The notes below the pieces were generated by a model. It did no database searches. It was not told the origin of the DNA and saw nothing but the letters and a program-made list of their open reading frames with translations. The translations under genes were made by a program, and so were the position numbers. Positions 10,471 to 20,669 of a stretch of 64,000 bases of DNA are shown piece by piece (the first letter of the stretch is position 1; every line of letters starts with the position of its first letter). Source of the DNA: Spartinivicinus poritis (GTDB taxonomy: Bacteria; Pseudomonadota; Gammaproteobacteria; Pseudomonadales; Zooshikellaceae); NCBI RefSeq assembly GCF_028858535.1, contig NZ_JAPMOU010000004.1, forward strand, positions 149,473-213,472, given 5' to 3'.

Positions 10471-12060
10471 TTGGAGGCACAAGAAAAAATTTCCACCCCG
10501 ATTAATGACGAGTTATCAAAGATCAAGGTTCTGTCTTATAAAGAATTATTAGAAAATAAATCTTTTAGTGGCCTAGGCTTGCATCAAAGGGAAATTACTG
10601 GAGTAACATACCCCAAAAGCAGTACAGAAGTACAGCAAATCATATCCACTGCATCCAAACAAAAAGCCCCTGTCTATCCAGTTTCATGTGGCAAAAATTG
10701 GGGCTATGGAAAGAGCTGCCCCCCTAAAACAGGTTGCATTGTTTTAGATATGCATAAAATGAATCGTATTATTGACTTTGATCCAGTATTAGGGAGTGTA
10801 GAAATTGAGCCAGGGGTAACACAAGGACAACTTGCTAACTTCCTAAAAAATACAGACTGGATGATGGATTGTACAGGAGCTGGGCCAAATACTAGTATTA
10901 TGGGCAATATACTAGAAAGGGGATTTGGCCACTCTCCACTAGGTTATCGTGTGCGCCACTTCGCTATTACCGAGTTAATACTAGCTAATGGCAATATTTA
11001 TAATCTATCACCACCAGGTAAATATGCTGGCCGCATAGGGTTAAGTGCTGGAATTCACGAAATATTTACTCAAAATAATATAGGGGTTGTCACTAAAGTT
11101 AGGATTGAATTAATCCCTCGTCCTGAGTGTAGTTTACGCTGTATAGTTAAGCTTAAGGATCATGCTGCAATTGGTGAGTACATCAATGCAATGCGAGAGC
11201 TTAAGTCTGAAGGAACTGTTGATGCATTACCACATATAGGCAACCATTATCGTATGCTTGGTATGTTTTCTCAGTTTGATTTTACCAGGTGGGATACCAA
11301 AATAGGCTCCAATAAAAGTGATATCAATGACTTGCTGAAAAAGCTTAAAATATCCCCCTGGATGGCTACGTTTTCCATCTTTGGAAATACCTCTGTTGCC
11401 AAAGCAAAAGCCAAAAGAATTAGAAAAAAGCTACATAAAGTAGCAAAAGTATATACTATTCCCTACAGCCTTTTCCAAAAAGCTCAATCTTTAGTCAACT
11501 GGTTATCATGCCACGCGAGTTGGATACCTCAAATTGAAACAGCCAATAATAAAGTTACTGAAATATCGAAAGCAATGGGAATTTTTGAAGGTATTCCAGA
11601 TAATGTTGCTCTTAAAGGCTGTTATTGGAGAAATAAAAATAGTGTCCCTCGAATAGATATAGATCCAATTGATAATGGCTGTGGCTTTTTCTGGCTTGCT
11701 CCCTCTCTACCAATGATCGGAAAAGACGTCGAAAAACTCTTATCTATAACAGAGAATGAGTTTGAACAAGCAGGTTTTGAAATGGCTGTGACATTAACAG
11801 CTGTTACATCAAGTCTTTGTCAGGCCATTATCAGTTTATATTATGATACATCAAATTTCGATGAAACGCAGTTAGCTCACGAAACTATAAAAAAACTAAG
11901 AAAAAAATATATTGAGCTAGGTTGGATACCTTACAGAAGAGCTGTTGATGAAATGCCTCTTAACGATGGACTAGAACAAGATGCCCTTTCTTTAAGAAAG
12001 ATAATTAAACAAGCTATAGACCCTCAAAATACTATAGCACCCGGACGTTATGAGTGTTAG
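10471..12060 (+). CDS. FAD-binding oxidoreductase (PCMH-type FAD-linked oxidase family)
   Basis: 529 aa. An N-terminal FAD-binding segment with a glycine-rich stretch and a GFGHS motif is characteristic of VAO/PCMH flavoproteins. A long substrate domain follows. Confidence 0.75.
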   Translation: MEAQEKISTPINDELSKIKVLSYKELLENKSFSGLGLHQREITGVTYPKSSTEVQQIISTASKQKAPVYPVSCGKNWGYGKSCPPKTGCIVLDMHKMNRIIDFDPVLGSVEIEPGVTQGQLANFLKNTDWMMDCTGAGPNTSIMGNILERGFGHSPLGYRVRHFAITELILANGNIYNLSPPGKYAGRIGLSAGIHEIFTQNNIGVVTKVRIELIPRPECSLRCIVKLKDHAAIGEYINAMRELKSEGTVDALPHIGNHYRMLGMFSQFDFTRWDTKIGSNKSDINDLLKKLKISPWMATFSIFGNTSVAKAKAKRIRKKLHKVAKVYTIPYSLFQKAQSLVNWLSCHASWIPQIETANNKVTEISKAMGIFEGIPDNVALKGCYWRNKNSVPRIDIDPIDNGCGFFWLAPSLPMIGKDVEKLLSITENEFEQAGFEMAVTLTAVTSSLCQAIISLYYDTSNFDETQLAHETIKKLRKKYIELGWIPYRRAVDEMPLNDGLEQDALSLRKIIKQAIDPQNTIAPGRYEC

Positions 12061-12661
12061 ATTAAAAATGAAAGTGACTTCAACAAGAGTAATTAAAGAT
12101 AAACAAAGTCTACAAGAATTCAAAAATAAATATCACTATATTTCTGGAAATCATGTTGACAGTAGATACCTTGAAGCTGCTTCAATTGTACGCGGTATTT
12201 ACAATAAAAATTCCGAACTAATTGGTGGTTATGTATTAAACTCAAACATTCCACATCGCTATCTTTCTGATATCCCCAAAGAAGCCATATTACAAAGCAG
12301 CACCCCATCACAAGATGACTTAGTGGAAGGTTGTTGTATATGGATGAGCAATGAACTTAGCTCATTTAAACGGGGTTGGGTTTATCTGATGACATTTTAT
12401 GATTACTTGTCCTTAGGCAAACGTTATATGCTCGGCGCATCTATTGAACCTAAAGTAGCAAAATTACAAAGGCTCGTTTTTCCAAATGTATTATACGAGG
12501 GCCCCCTTGAACATGCTCCTTGGTGCTGTATGTATTATGGAACTCGTCGTCATATGGCGAAGCTAATATTAGTTATTATCTATAAATACTGGGTATCAAG
12601 CTTTATCAAACACAGAGTAAAGTCTTTCAAAAGCCTTTTTACTTTACAAAGTAAGGCTTAG
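12050..12661 (+). CDS. hypothetical protein translationally coupled to the FAD oxidase (possible small acyltransferase-like fold)
   Basis: 203-aa ORF overlapping the upstream stop by 11 nt (ATGAGTGTTAG). No LuxI or canonical GNAT motifs were identified. Function unknown. Confidence 0.45.
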   Translation: MSVRLKMKVTSTRVIKDKQSLQEFKNKYHYISGNHVDSRYLEAASIVRGIYNKNSELIGGYVLNSNIPHRYLSDIPKEAILQSSTPSQDDLVEGCCIWMSNELSSFKRGWVYLMTFYDYLSLGKRYMLGASIEPKVAKLQRLVFPNVLYEGPLEHAPWCCMYYGTRRHMAKLILVIIYKYWVSSFIKHRVKSFKSLFTLQSKA

Positions 12662-12792
12662 TAACCCACAGACAAAAGCAGGAAAATATAGAGTGATAAG
12701 GTGTCCTAGAGCTGCTGCGCTACTCAAAGCAAACGACAGCAACCAATCAATAAAGGGGACACCTTTAATATAAAAAGTGCTAGTGGAACCAG

Positions 12793-13785
12793 CTAAAGCT
12801 CATTCCCTGACGCTATACCCTCATAAAAACACTTTGCATTAAACAGAGTAGTGCTGGCTATTGAGCTAAGTGCATCTTTTGTGAAAAAACCTTGATGTCC
12901 GGTAATCAGCACATTAGGAAACGTTAACAGCCTACCCAACACATCATCGAGCAGTAACTCATTAGAGTGGTCATCATAAAGCATTGGTTTTTCATTTTCG
13001 TAAACATCAAGCCCTAGATTGCTAATTTTTCCAGATTTTAAGCCTTCAATTACAGCTTCTGTATCAATTAAACCACCTCTGCTGGTATTAATTAACATTA
13101 CTCCTTCTTTCATTGTCTTAATAGCTTGCTCATCAATAATATGATAATTGTCCTCCGTCATAGGACAATGTAATGTAATTACATCAGATTCAGCCAGTAG
13201 CTCAGAAAGACCTACATAATTAACGCCCACATCAATGCAGTCGTTACTTTCTACAATATCATGAGCAAGTATTTTACAACCCATTCCGCTTAAAATTTTT
13301 ACTACCGCAGTTCCAATCCTGCCAGTGCCAATAACACCAACCGTACAGTTATGAAAATCAAAACCAATAAATCCATTTAAAGCAAAATTATTTTCTTTTA
13401 CTCGATTATAGGCTCGATGTATTTTACGGTTTAATGTTAGCATTAGACCAACAGTATACTCTGCAACAGACTCTGGTGAATAAGCTGGCACATTCGCAAC
13501 GGTAATACCATGCTGCTTAGCAGCAGCCAAATCCACATTATTATAACCAGCAGCGCGTAAAGCAATTAACCGAGTGCCTCCCTTTGCAAGCTGCTCTATG
13601 ACTTCTTCATCAATAACATCATTAACAAACGCACAAACTGCTGGATAGTTTTCAGCCAACTTTGCAGTTTCTGCTGTTAAACGAGGTTCAAAATAACTAA
13701 TAGACAAACCACACTGCTCGTTTGCTTCAGTAAAAAATGCTTTATCATAACTATGGGTGTTAAATACTGCTAACTTCATCAGCAT
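12793..13785 (-). CDS. ldhA: D-lactate dehydrogenase (fermentative 2-hydroxyacid dehydrogenase)
   Basis: 330 aa. N-terminus MKLAVFNTHSYDKAFF parallels E. coli LdhA (MKLAVYSTKQYDKKY). NAD-binding GxGxxG (GVIGTGRIG) and the catalytic R/E/H arrangement of D-2-hydroxyacid dehydrogenases are present. Confidence 0.85.
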   Translation of the reverse strand: MLMKLAVFNTHSYDKAFFTEANEQCGLSISYFEPRLTAETAKLAENYPAVCAFVNDVIDEEVIEQLAKGGTRLIALRAAGYNNVDLAAAKQHGITVANVPAYSPESVAEYTVGLMLTLNRKIHRAYNRVKENNFALNGFIGFDFHNCTVGVIGTGRIGTAVVKILSGMGCKILAHDIVESNDCIDVGVNYVGLSELLAESDVITLHCPMTEDNYHIIDEQAIKTMKEGVMLINTSRGGLIDTEAVIEGLKSGKISNLGLDVYENEKPMLYDDHSNELLLDDVLGRLLTFPNVLITGHQGFFTKDALSSIASTTLFNAKCFYEGIASGNEL

Positions 13786-13914
13786 ACTACATCCTCACCT
13801 TTTGCTCTTGTCTTCATGATAAACCAACAGATCAAAACTTATTTGATTTACAGCAGGCATATACCCCACATGAATCATTTTTAGGTGTCAAAAATACTCA
13901 CATATCACTTCTAC

Positions 13915-14664
13915 TTAACGCCTGGCGCCTGCCAGCTCAATAAAACTACCAGAGCAGTATGAAGCTTGCTCAGATAACAGCCACATAATTGCATTGGCTA
14001 CTTCTTCAGCAGTACCACCCCGTTTCATCGGAATAACTTCTTTTAATCGGTCAACACGACCTGGTTCACCACCACTGGCGTGGATATCAGTATAAATCAT
14101 CCCTGGCCTAACAGCGTTCACCCTTATACCTTCAGCAGCCACCTCTTTAGCCAAACCTATCGTCAAGCTATCAATAGCCCCTTTAGAGGCTGCATAATCA
14201 ACATATTCATTAGCCCCACCAATAAATGAGGCGGTAGAGGATACATTGACTATTGCCCCACCCTGCCCCCCATGCTGAGTAGACATTTGCAGGATCGCTT
14301 CACGAGCACAAAGCATACTACCAATAACATTTATATTAAAAATACGTTGCCAACGCTCAACTGACATGTGTTCAAATTTAGTTTGTTGATCAAGTACACC
14401 CGCATTATTAACTAAGCCAGTAACAGGACCTAGCTCTCTTTCCGTTAGTTCAAATAAATGCTTAACCTCTGTCTCCTTACTCACATCGGCAGCAACAGCA
14501 ATAGCCTTACCGCCCGCAGCCTGAATTGCGCTGACTACTTTTTCAGCAGCAGTGTGGTCTTTGTGATAGTTAACACAAACAGCATAACCCTGCTCAGCAG
14601 CCAGTAATGCCGTAGCCGCACCAATACCACGACTTGCTCCAGTAATAATAATTACCTTTTCCAT
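13915..14664 (-). CDS. SDR family oxidoreductase
   Basis: TGASRGIG Rossmann motif, NNAG, and YxxxK (YAASKGA). Confidence 0.85.
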   Translation of the reverse strand: MEKVIIITGASRGIGAATALLAAEQGYAVCVNYHKDHTAAEKVVSAIQAAGGKAIAVAADVSKETEVKHLFELTERELGPVTGLVNNAGVLDQQTKFEHMSVERWQRIFNINVIGSMLCAREAILQMSTQHGGQGGAIVNVSSTASFIGGANEYVDYAASKGAIDSLTIGLAKEVAAEGIRVNAVRPGMIYTDIHASGGEPGRVDRLKEVIPMKRGGTAEEVANAIMWLLSEQASYCSGSFIELAGARR

Positions 14665-14764
14665 TGGTATTCTCCAGGTTATAATTTAACTATTGCAAAT
14701 AGTAACGAGTTTGCTTTGTTAGGTAAATAGCGTTTACCTATAGCAGGGTAGGTTTTAAAAACAA

Positions 14765-15163
14765 ATGCAGTTATTTTTAATTATCTTGAGTATTTTATTC
14801 CTGCCTTTATTTTTGATTGCATTAACAAATAAAAAGATAGCAACAAACGCTATCTTTTTAGTAGTATTTTTTGCAATTATTATGTTTAGCTTAGGCAGCT
14901 GGAACTCCTTTCTTAATGGGTTAGCTTTTATTCTTCTTATTATAATAGTTGGATACCGATGTTTAGAAGCCTTTGTCGGGTTATCCATAGTAACTAAAAA
15001 AATTTTAAGTGTATGGACCGACCCTGAAAATAAAGTGGATTCAATAGTCAACAAAAAAACCCTTAAATTAATTGTTGGCCCCATCCTTATTTTTGTTATA
15101 GTGGCCATTACAGCTGCGGCTATTATACTGCTCAACCCAAAGCTAGCTGAGCTGTTCATCTAG
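14765..15163 (+). CDS. small integral membrane protein (hypothetical)
   Basis: 132-aa ORF with 4 predicted hydrophobic helices. The alternative antisense ORF 14755-15159(-) is less protein-like. No SD was identified. Confidence 0.35.
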   Translation: MQLFLIILSILFLPLFLIALTNKKIATNAIFLVVFFAIIMFSLGSWNSFLNGLAFILLIIIVGYRCLEAFVGLSIVTKKILSVWTDPENKVDSIVNKKTLKLIVGPILIFVIVAITAAAIILLNPKLAELFI

Positions 15164-15309
15164 CAAAAATGAAAAGCCTAATCCTCTACCTGCAGACTGT
15201 CGCCAAAAACTACAGGACATATACATCAAACCATTTCAAGATGAAACTAGAAGAACTATTAACAAACAAAGACTAAAAACATTCGCGCCAGTGGTTCCCT
15301 TAGTCAAAT

Positions 15310-16074
15310 TTACTTTTTATATAGTCCTCTTCGAGCGTTTTCAAAATAGGTATCATATTTACCACTAGCTTTCAACTTTTTAAGGCCAGTATTAAACAAC
15401 TTTATTATTTTTTCATTCTGTTTGACTTTTTTACTTAAAATTAAGTGATAGGTTGTAGTATTATATGGTCGAGGATGATGCGTCACATTCTTTACTTCAT
15501 CTTCAGAAAAGTTACTATATAAAATAGCATAGCCTGCATCTAAATCAGATGGCAGTATATCAACTCTTCTATTCAATAACATTTTAAATATGGCTATTTC
15601 AGAATAAGCTCTTTCAATCTTAATATCTTTGTTTGATTCAAATTGGTATTTATAACCAATCACACCACCCACTTTTACACTGACAAAATCTGAGTAGTCT
15701 TTCCAATCAAAGGGCATAGACTTCAAGTGAAATAGTACTGACCTTCCATGAATGATAATATCACTGAAGAAAAACTCCTTTTCACGATCAGGGTCAAGAC
15801 TCCAGATAAGGGAGCCATCGAATCGCCCTTCTTTTGCTTCAATATAAGCCCTTTTCCATGGCATAAAAACATAGTCTACTTTAACATCCACACTCCTAAA
15901 TGCCTCTGTCACTATGTGAGAAGCAACACCATAATGCTTAAGATTTTCCGACTGATAGGGAAGCCACTCTCCATTAGTCAAACGAACAGTTAACTGATTA
16001 GTTGCATATACAAAATTAGAGACTAGCAAGAGAAAGCCTAAAAGTAGGTACATATCAGCAACCCTATAAACCAT
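15310..16074 (-). CDS. periplasmic solute-binding (family 3-like) domain protein, orphan paralog
   Basis: Signal peptide. The W.RAYIEA / G.FDG segment is shared with the 4362-, 44149- and 51199- paralogs. Confidence 0.65.
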   Translation of the reverse strand: MVYRVADMYLLLGFLLLVSNFVYATNQLTVRLTNGEWLPYQSENLKHYGVASHIVTEAFRSVDVKVDYVFMPWKRAYIEAKEGRFDGSLIWSLDPDREKEFFFSDIIIHGRSVLFHLKSMPFDWKDYSDFVSVKVGGVIGYKYQFESNKDIKIERAYSEIAIFKMLLNRRVDILPSDLDAGYAILYSNFSEDEVKNVTHHPRPYNTTTYHLILSKKVKQNEKIIKLFNTGLKKLKASGKYDTYFENARRGLYKK

Positions 16075-16185
16075 ATATTAATAGTAGTATAGGGCACCTC
16101 TAATAATTATCTTATATAGAAAAAATTCTATTTAAAAAAGCATTTTACCTTAACCATATATTAGGTAAAACCGTATTTTATTTTC

Positions 16186-16566
16186 TTAAAACTGCTCTAC
16201 TACTGTGAAATCATCCTCAACCAACAGCCATTGGCCATTTCCCTGTCGCTGCCATAACTCTTTGCTGATATAGCCACGACCTACATTCATTTGCCAATTT
16301 GCAGACAAAACAGCATTATTCTCGTCCAACACGTCAACATTGACATCTTTATAAATTAATTCAGAGGCCCCAGTAGACTGAATAAATTGCTGCCAAAATG
16401 CCAGAATTGATTCGCGCCCGACAAATTGTCCGACAGGCCTGGCATCCATTACTGCATCAACTACATAGCCTTCTGAACAACCTTTGGCATCTCCCTTATT
16501 AAAGGTTTCAATCCATTGCTTACTCGTCGCTAATACTTGCTCTTCAACTGACTTAACATGACTCAT
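16186..16566 (-). CDS. NTF2-like / SnoaL-like domain protein
   Basis: 126 aa with a cone-shaped alpha+beta NTF2-like pattern (W..F..GD...., WQMN). Small, acidic and cytoplasmic. Confidence 0.55.
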   Translation of the reverse strand: MSHVKSVEEQVLATSKQWIETFNKGDAKGCSEGYVVDAVMDARPVGQFVGRESILAFWQQFIQSTGASELIYKDVNVDVLDENNAVLSANWQMNVGRGYISKELWQRQGNGQWLLVEDDFTVVEQF

Positions 16567-16690
16567 GTGCTTGCTCCGTATTCATCTGTTAACTTGAGTA
16601 CCATTATATTAGTATTTATTATATTGATAATTAGTCTTTTCATGAAAAGTTTGGTTAAAATTATTGAACAATAATTAGTGAGCAGGTTTT

Positions 16691-17587
16691 ATGAAAAGTA
16701 TTTACCGCATGTTAGTGTTTGCAGAAGTTGTCCAAACTGGCTCATTTACCCGTGCAGCAGAAATGCTAGGGCATACTCGTTCAGGGGTTAGCCAGCATAT
16801 CAGCCTGCTAGAAGAGGAGTTAGGGGTTAGACTGATGAACCGCTCTACTCGCCGGCTCAGCTTAACCGAAGAAGGCCGGGTTTTTGCCCGCCGCTGCCAA
16901 TCCATTAAGGAGCTAGTCAATATATCCTTCGAGGAGGTACAGTCCCAAGCCAGCAGCCCTGAAGGCCCACTCGTTATTACCGCCCCCCATGCTTTTGAGA
17001 GCCAGTTGATACTACCGACACTCACTCAGCTGTGTAAGTTATTCCCTAAAATTGAGCCAAAATTAATTATTAATGACCAACGTTTAGACTTACTTAGCCA
17101 TAAAATTGATATAGCCATTAGCGTCGGCGCATTACCCGACAGCAACTACAAAGCTAGAAAATTAGGTGAATTAACCGAAATTTTCTGTGCAGCCCCAGCC
17201 AAGTTGGAACAATTAGGTGAGATCAACCAACCAGAACAGCTGGCCGCCCTTCCTCATATAGCAACCAGCTGGCAGGAAAGACGCAAACAACAAACACTTT
17301 TATGGAATGGTGAAAAAATTAAGCTAAAACTACAACATCAGTTTAGGGTTAATACCCTGCCTTCAGCTGTTAATATCGCTGAGCAAGCATTAGGCATTGC
17401 CTTATTACCTGATATATATGCCCAAGACTTAATTAAACAAGGTAAACTAGTACAAGTCTTTCCCCATGTAAGATCTGAACCAAGGGAAGTTTATTGTATT
17501 CACCCTTATAGTCAGCAAGTACCGCTTAAAGTGCGAACATATATCAATTTACTTATAGATAGGATAAACATCGACAGAAATTCTTAA
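16691..17587 (+). CDS. LysR family transcriptional regulator
   Basis: N-terminal HTH (FAEVVQTGSFTRAAEMLGHTRSGVSQHISLLEEELG) followed by a LysR substrate-binding domain. Confidence 0.85.
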   Translation: MKSIYRMLVFAEVVQTGSFTRAAEMLGHTRSGVSQHISLLEEELGVRLMNRSTRRLSLTEEGRVFARRCQSIKELVNISFEEVQSQASSPEGPLVITAPHAFESQLILPTLTQLCKLFPKIEPKLIINDQRLDLLSHKIDIAISVGALPDSNYKARKLGELTEIFCAAPAKLEQLGEINQPEQLAALPHIATSWQERRKQQTLLWNGEKIKLKLQHQFRVNTLPSAVNIAEQALGIALLPDIYAQDLIKQGKLVQVFPHVRSEPREVYCIHPYSQQVPLKVRTYINLLIDRINIDRNS

Positions 17588-17678
17588 GCAGAGCGCCAGT
17601 TTTTTCTGATACAACAGTCATCCCTCTTAAGTTACAGTTCTATACTTCTGGAATGTGCTTAAAGGTGGAGCGATATCA

Positions 17679-18437
17679 GTGATCTCTCTTAAAAATAAAA
17701 CAATTTTACTAACCGGTGCCTCTGGTGGAATTGGCTTGGCTACAGCTAAATGCCTATTAAAAGCAGAGGCTAAATTAATTCTGCATTATAATAGTGCTTC
17801 AGAAAATATTGGCTTGCTACAAAAAGAATACGGCTCTGACCATTGTCATCCAGTTCAAGCTAACTTAGCTAGGCCAGAAGAAGTCGATCGATTATGGCAA
17901 AATGCCCTTGACTGGCAAGGCACTCTTGATGGAGTAGTCAACAATGCGGCTTTTGAGTCACCTGCAGCCATTGACTCCCCAACACAAGAGTGGAGAGATT
18001 TATGGCAAGCAACCTTAGATATCAATGTCGTCGCGGTTGCAGATTTATGCCGTTATGCAATAACACATTATCAACAATACACTGGTGGTGTAATTATTAA
18101 TTTAGCCAGTAGAGCAGCATTCAGGGGGGACTTACCTGATATGATGCATTATGCAGCCTCAAAAGGCGCTATTGTTTCACTGACTCGCTCAATCGCTAAA
18201 GCTTATGCAAAAGATAGAATTTATGCATTTAATATTGCTCCAGGGTGGATCAACACAGATCGTATCCAGGCAAAATTAGCTAAGCCTGGTAATGAAGCAT
18301 TGCTTAATGAAGTACCTACAGGCAAGCCAGCGCCACCAGAAGAAGTGGCCAATATAATTGCATTTTTACTTTCCGGCCTTTCAAATCATGCAACTGGTGC
18401 AACCATTGATATCAATGGTGCCTCCTACTTTCACTAA
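17679..18437 (+). CDS. SDR family oxidoreductase
   Basis: TGASGGIG, NNAA and YAASKGA motifs. The GTG start at 17679 is preferred because the SD AGGTGGAG sits 8 nt upstream. The ORF track gives 17655. Confidence 0.75.
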   Translation: MISLKNKTILLTGASGGIGLATAKCLLKAEAKLILHYNSASENIGLLQKEYGSDHCHPVQANLARPEEVDRLWQNALDWQGTLDGVVNNAAFESPAAIDSPTQEWRDLWQATLDINVVAVADLCRYAITHYQQYTGGVIINLASRAAFRGDLPDMMHYAASKGAIVSLTRSIAKAYAKDRIYAFNIAPGWINTDRIQAKLAKPGNEALLNEVPTGKPAPPEEVANIIAFLLSGLSNHATGATIDINGASYFH

Positions 18438-18459
18438 TTTATGAAAAAAAACATTTGCA

Positions 18460-19074
18460 ATGAATAAAGAAAAACCTGACTTAGCCAATAGTGCAGTTGT
18501 TATTATAGATGTTCAGTCTGATTATATAAGCGATACAAGAACTTTATTAGAACAACAACAAGCCAGTTTACTTGAGCAATTCCCTCATTTTCCCGATAAC
18601 ATTCGTTCACTACTGGAAAATGCGAGGAAAAATAAAGTGCCCGTTATTCATATCCGAGAGAAAGATAACAACAAAAAGAGCACATGGATTCCCTGGTGGA
18701 ATAAACTCCATCCACCGGGAAATATTGCATTAGGTGAAGGATCTCCCGAGCCCTATGCAAAAGAGCTGAAGAATGAAGCAGTGTTTATAAAGTGGACCTA
18801 CGATTTATTTCATAGTATTGGTGACGAGTTTGAAGCCTATTTAAAATGTAATAATATAAAAAGATTGTACATGTGTGGTGTATTAACTAAAGCGTGCGTT
18901 ATGTTTTCTGCTAACTCAGCCTTTTGTAAGGGATATGAAGTCTATATTCTAGAAGATTGCTGTGCAGACAGGAACAAAGCACATCATGATGCCATACTCA
19001 CTATTTACGATGGTTATCATATTAAAGTCATTAATTCAAAAAATTTATGGGAATCAACTAAAATAACTAACTAA
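18460..19074 (+). CDS. isochorismatase-family cysteine hydrolase
   Basis: VVIIDVQSDY (catalytic Asp region) and MCGVLTKACV (catalytic Cys motif) are typical of the isochorismatase / YcaC family. Confidence 0.7.
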   Translation: MNKEKPDLANSAVVIIDVQSDYISDTRTLLEQQQASLLEQFPHFPDNIRSLLENARKNKVPVIHIREKDNNKKSTWIPWWNKLHPPGNIALGEGSPEPYAKELKNEAVFIKWTYDLFHSIGDEFEAYLKCNNIKRLYMCGVLTKACVMFSANSAFCKGYEVYILEDCCADRNKAHHDAILTIYDGYHIKVINSKNLWESTKITN

Positions 19075-19076
19075 AC

Positions 19077-19937
19077 TTATTCTTCATTAATCAAACCAAC
19101 TAAAAAACTTATTAAACGAGAGTTAATAGTTTGTACTGGATGTAACAGCGTAATCTCTCTTTGGTACTTTTTAACATCCACATTGCTAATGACAATATCA
19201 TTTGCAATTTTTTCAAGGCCTTGCCAATAAGGGATTAAGCTTACTCCTACACCTTCGGATACCAATATGGCAATTGCTTCCAAACCATCTAAATCACACA
19301 AAGGATCTACCGTTATTTGTTGATCATGCAAATATTCTGTCGCTAACCGTCCACCCCACGAATGTGGGTCGTACTGAATATACGGCTTACTTTGTATAGC
19401 CTCTGCAATAGGCAAAGATACTGACTTTGATTTTATAAAGACTAGAGGCTCTACATAGAGTGTTATTTTTTTCATCATTTTTGGTGTATCAAAAGGCGGA
19501 TCAACCACTACAATAGCATCCAACTCTTCAGCTATTAACCTTTCATATAATGAGGCAGAGGTTCCTGGCACTATGCTCAGTTTAACATCTGGTGCTTGAG
19601 TCATTAACTTTTTCATTAGCTGTGGTATTAAGCCCGTTAATGCTGTTGATATAGCGCCAATACGCAGCTCTCCCGTTAGCCCTACTGGGTCTAAATCAGT
19701 TTTTAATGCTTGAATCTCTTGAACAATTTTTCTGGCCCGAGGCACCAGCCGCATGCAGCTTTCCGTTGGTTTAGCCGTATTTCCAATCCGAGAGAATAAT
19801 GTTACTCCCAATTCCCTTTCCAAAGCTTGAATACGCTGACTAACAGCAGATGAGGTTAAATTTTCATGTCTTGCTGCATCAGCGATTGACCCTTTATCAA
19901 TCACAGCCAATAAGCTTTTTAAAAAACGTACATCCAT
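19077..19937 (-). CDS. LysR family transcriptional regulator
   Basis: N-terminal HTH (LLAVIDKGSIADAARHENLTSSAVSQRIQALERELG). Divergent from a VOC-family gene. Confidence 0.85.
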   Translation of the reverse strand: MDVRFLKSLLAVIDKGSIADAARHENLTSSAVSQRIQALERELGVTLFSRIGNTAKPTESCMRLVPRARKIVQEIQALKTDLDPVGLTGELRIGAISTALTGLIPQLMKKLMTQAPDVKLSIVPGTSASLYERLIAEELDAIVVVDPPFDTPKMMKKITLYVEPLVFIKSKSVSLPIAEAIQSKPYIQYDPHSWGGRLATEYLHDQQITVDPLCDLDGLEAIAILVSEGVGVSLIPYWQGLEKIANDIVISNVDVKKYQREITLLHPVQTINSRLISFLVGLINEE

Positions 19938-20045
19938 AAGATTCCCTAATGATTAGCAACAGTAATTTTCAGTAGCAACCCGTTTCCTACTACTACTGAA
20001 TAAGTTAGGATAAATTTTATAGAAAACAACTCAGGAAATACAATT

Positions 20046-20459
20046 ATGCAGTCATTTTTTCATATTGCTTATCATGTTAATGATTTATCTGAAGCTAGAG
20101 AGTTTTACGGAAATACATTAGGCTGTAAGGAAGGGCGCAGTACTGACACCTGGATTGATTTTAACTTTTTTAATCATCAGATATCCCTACATTTAGGAAC
20201 ACCTTTTACAAGAACATTAACAGGCATAGTGGGAGAACATAAAGTACCCATGCCTCATATTGGGCTCATATTAGAACTAAATGAGTGGAATAAACTTGCT
20301 GACCGCCTATGCAAGAAAAACATCAATTTTATTATCTCCCCTACTATTAGATTTAAAGGCCAACCAGGCGAGCAATACACCATGTTTTTTTCTGACCCAT
20401 CTGGCAACCCTATAGAAATAAAAGGCTTCCGCAACCTAAATCAAATCTTTGATAAATAA
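20046..20459 (+). CDS. VOC family protein (glyoxalase/bleomycin-resistance/dioxygenase fold)
   Basis: 137 aa. The HIAYHVNDLSEAREFY N-terminal beta-alpha-beta-beta-beta module is typical of VOC proteins. Confidence 0.65.
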   Translation: MQSFFHIAYHVNDLSEAREFYGNTLGCKEGRSTDTWIDFNFFNHQISLHLGTPFTRTLTGIVGEHKVPMPHIGLILELNEWNKLADRLCKKNINFIISPTIRFKGQPGEQYTMFFSDPSGNPIEIKGFRNLNQIFDK

Positions 20460-20669
20460 AAAATGTAGGAACTATGCTGAGCTTTATACATTAAAAACAA
20501 TACTGTATTAAAAATTTATATCCAACTTTTAATACAGGAAACAATGATCTTCCAGAACAGATAATATAACTACTTTAATCATAAAAATTTTAATCAAAAA
20601 TATTTGCCGGAAAACTTGGCCACCAACTAAGAGCACATCCTTGTACACAAAAAGTAACTTATAAAGGCA

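Noticed and set aside
14755-15159. 134-aa ORF on the - strand overlapping the 14765-15163 + ORF.
   Set aside because: Lys/Ile-rich low-complexity translation. The + strand product has a coherent multi-helix membrane topology, so only the + ORF was kept, at low confidence.
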